64,000 nt of DNA from Acidobacteriota bacterium (GTDB taxonomy: Bacteria; Acidobacteriota; Terriglobia; Acidiferrales; UBA7541), in NCBI GenBank assembly GCA_003224055.1, contig QHYE01000060.1, forward strand, positions 739 through 64,738, read 5' to 3'. Shown piece after piece: positions 63,014 to 64,000 of the stretch. A program made the position numbers and the translations under genes. Every line of letters starts with the position of its first letter. Positions within the stretch are counted from its first letter, which is position 1. The notes under the pieces were generated by a model. The model searched no databases. It was not told the DNA's origin and saw nothing but the letters and a program-made list of their open reading frames with translations.

Positions 63014-64000
63014 TACTTGCCGGGTAGTGTCCGCACGAAAATCAGTCCGCGCGTCCGCCCCACATCCAGCATGAAACCTGTCACGCGATGTTCTGCGTTG
63101 CGCTGGAAATGAATTGCAATCCCTGTGTCGCCGAATTGGAATGCGTCCGTCCCTGTTGCGCGGAGATAATCCTGCGGGCTGTTTCCAAGACTGCCGAATG
63201 CCCCGGATGGCAGCCCTATCGCCAGTTTCAACTTGCCTTCGGCTGTTTCGAGCCGATAGGACACCCGCAGCTCATCGCTAGAATAATCACCCCGGTACTC
63301 GCGAACTTGCTCCTCTGCGAGTCGAATTTCTACTTTTTGCCGTTCGTCCTCCTCGGATTCTTTTTTCTTTTCTTCCTTCGGCCTCATCACGCCGGCCAAA
63401 TAAATGTCCGCAACCCGTTGCGCGCGATTCGACGGGCGCGCGTTTCCCAGGTTGCACAGGCACGCCACCGAAAAGTGCTGCTCCGGAAAACGCAGCAATT
63501 CCGCCCGGTATCCGCCCCACGACCCGCCATGGCTCACGGTCCGCAATCCACGGTAGTCCGCGATGCGCAAACCCTTGGCGTAATCCAGCACCTTGCCGTC
63601 GTTCAGCTTGCCTTGTTCTTGGATCTCCGAGAGAAACTCTTTCCCCCCAATTTGCCCGCTGTAGAAATTCTCATCCCACTTGAGCAAATCTTCGACCGAC
63701 GTATGCACCGCGCCATCGCCAGTCTGCTCGAAGTAGGAAACATTCAGGCGGTAACCTCCGCCTTTCTCCTTTGCATCGTAGGCCATCGCGCGGTTCGCAA
63801 TCAGCGAAGTATGGTCGTCGCGATACTGCGTGTGAGTCATCTCCAGCGGCACAAAGATATTCTCCGCCGCAAATTCCCGCAGCGTTTTCCCGCTCACGCG
63901 CTTCACGATCACCGACAGCAGAAAAAAGCCCGTGTTGCTGTAGAGCCAGTCGCTTCCCGGCGCAAAATTCAGCGCCTTCTGGCGGAAGACCATTTGCAAC
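63010..64000 (-). CDS. Serine hydrolase, beta-lactamase class C-like (5' end outside the window)
   Basis: FAPGSDWLYSNTGFFLL (YxN), HGGSWGGY. Confidence 0.88.
   Translation of the reverse strand, partial: LQMVFRQKALNFAPGSDWLYSNTGFFLLSVIVKRVSGKTLREFAAENIFVPLEMTHTQYRDDHTSLIANRAMAYDAKEKGGGYRLNVSYFEQTGDGAVHTSVEDLLKWDENFYSGQIGGKEFLSEIQEQGKLNDGKVLDYAKGLRIADYRGLRTVSHGGSWGGYRAELLRFPEQHFSVACLCNLGNARPSNRAQRVADIYLAGVMRPKEEKKKESEEDERQKVEIRLAEEQVREYRGDYSSDELRVSYRLETAEGKLKLAIGLPSGAFGSLGNSPQDYLRATGTDAFQFGDTGIAIHFQRNAEHRVTGFMLDVGRTRGLIFVRTLPGKY

Overview
This is a GC-rich bacterial chromosome window covering the replication-origin region. It is most likely from an acidobacterium, inferred from two PadR + duplicated-orphan-permease (ADOP) pairs, Oar-type TonB-dependent receptors, the DnaA KHHTTV motif and a short PheT. 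Left part: gyrA (partial), a frameshifted hicB with hicA, two small ORFs, gyrB, dnaN, oriC (DnaA boxes, trio-like tracts, AT-rich core), dnaA, an NHL-type protein, ymdB and a probable 6S RNA. From about 12 to 35 kb there is an accessory block between the 6S RNA and zapA. It holds secreted proteins, two TonB-dependent receptors, a porin/ZnuA/ZnuB-like metal-uptake operon with no ATPase, PadR-ADOP, a lytic-transglycosylase-like protein, vapBC, a methyltransferase and an aldo-keto reductase. Right part: zapA, pheT, pheS, rplT, rpmI, infC (probable ATC start), thrS, a second vapBC, a type III PKS with its methyltransferase, typA, a second PadR-ADOP pair, a frameshifted TPR gene, a CadC-like regulator and a partial serine hydrolase. 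The best candidate for an undescribed system is a back-to-back pair of small exported CxxC + C-terminal RAPP leader ORFs (DUF2946/CruR/CutF-like), each heading a divergent uptake operon and each with anti-Shine-Dalgarno sequence near its stop. Other notable observations are convergent DnaA-trio-like tracts at oriC, a PVC-type GyrA quinolone-resistance region, many diverse GTAG REP-like palindromes and an unexplained 24-bp triple repeat. All calls come from reading the sequence; no searches or folding programs were run.
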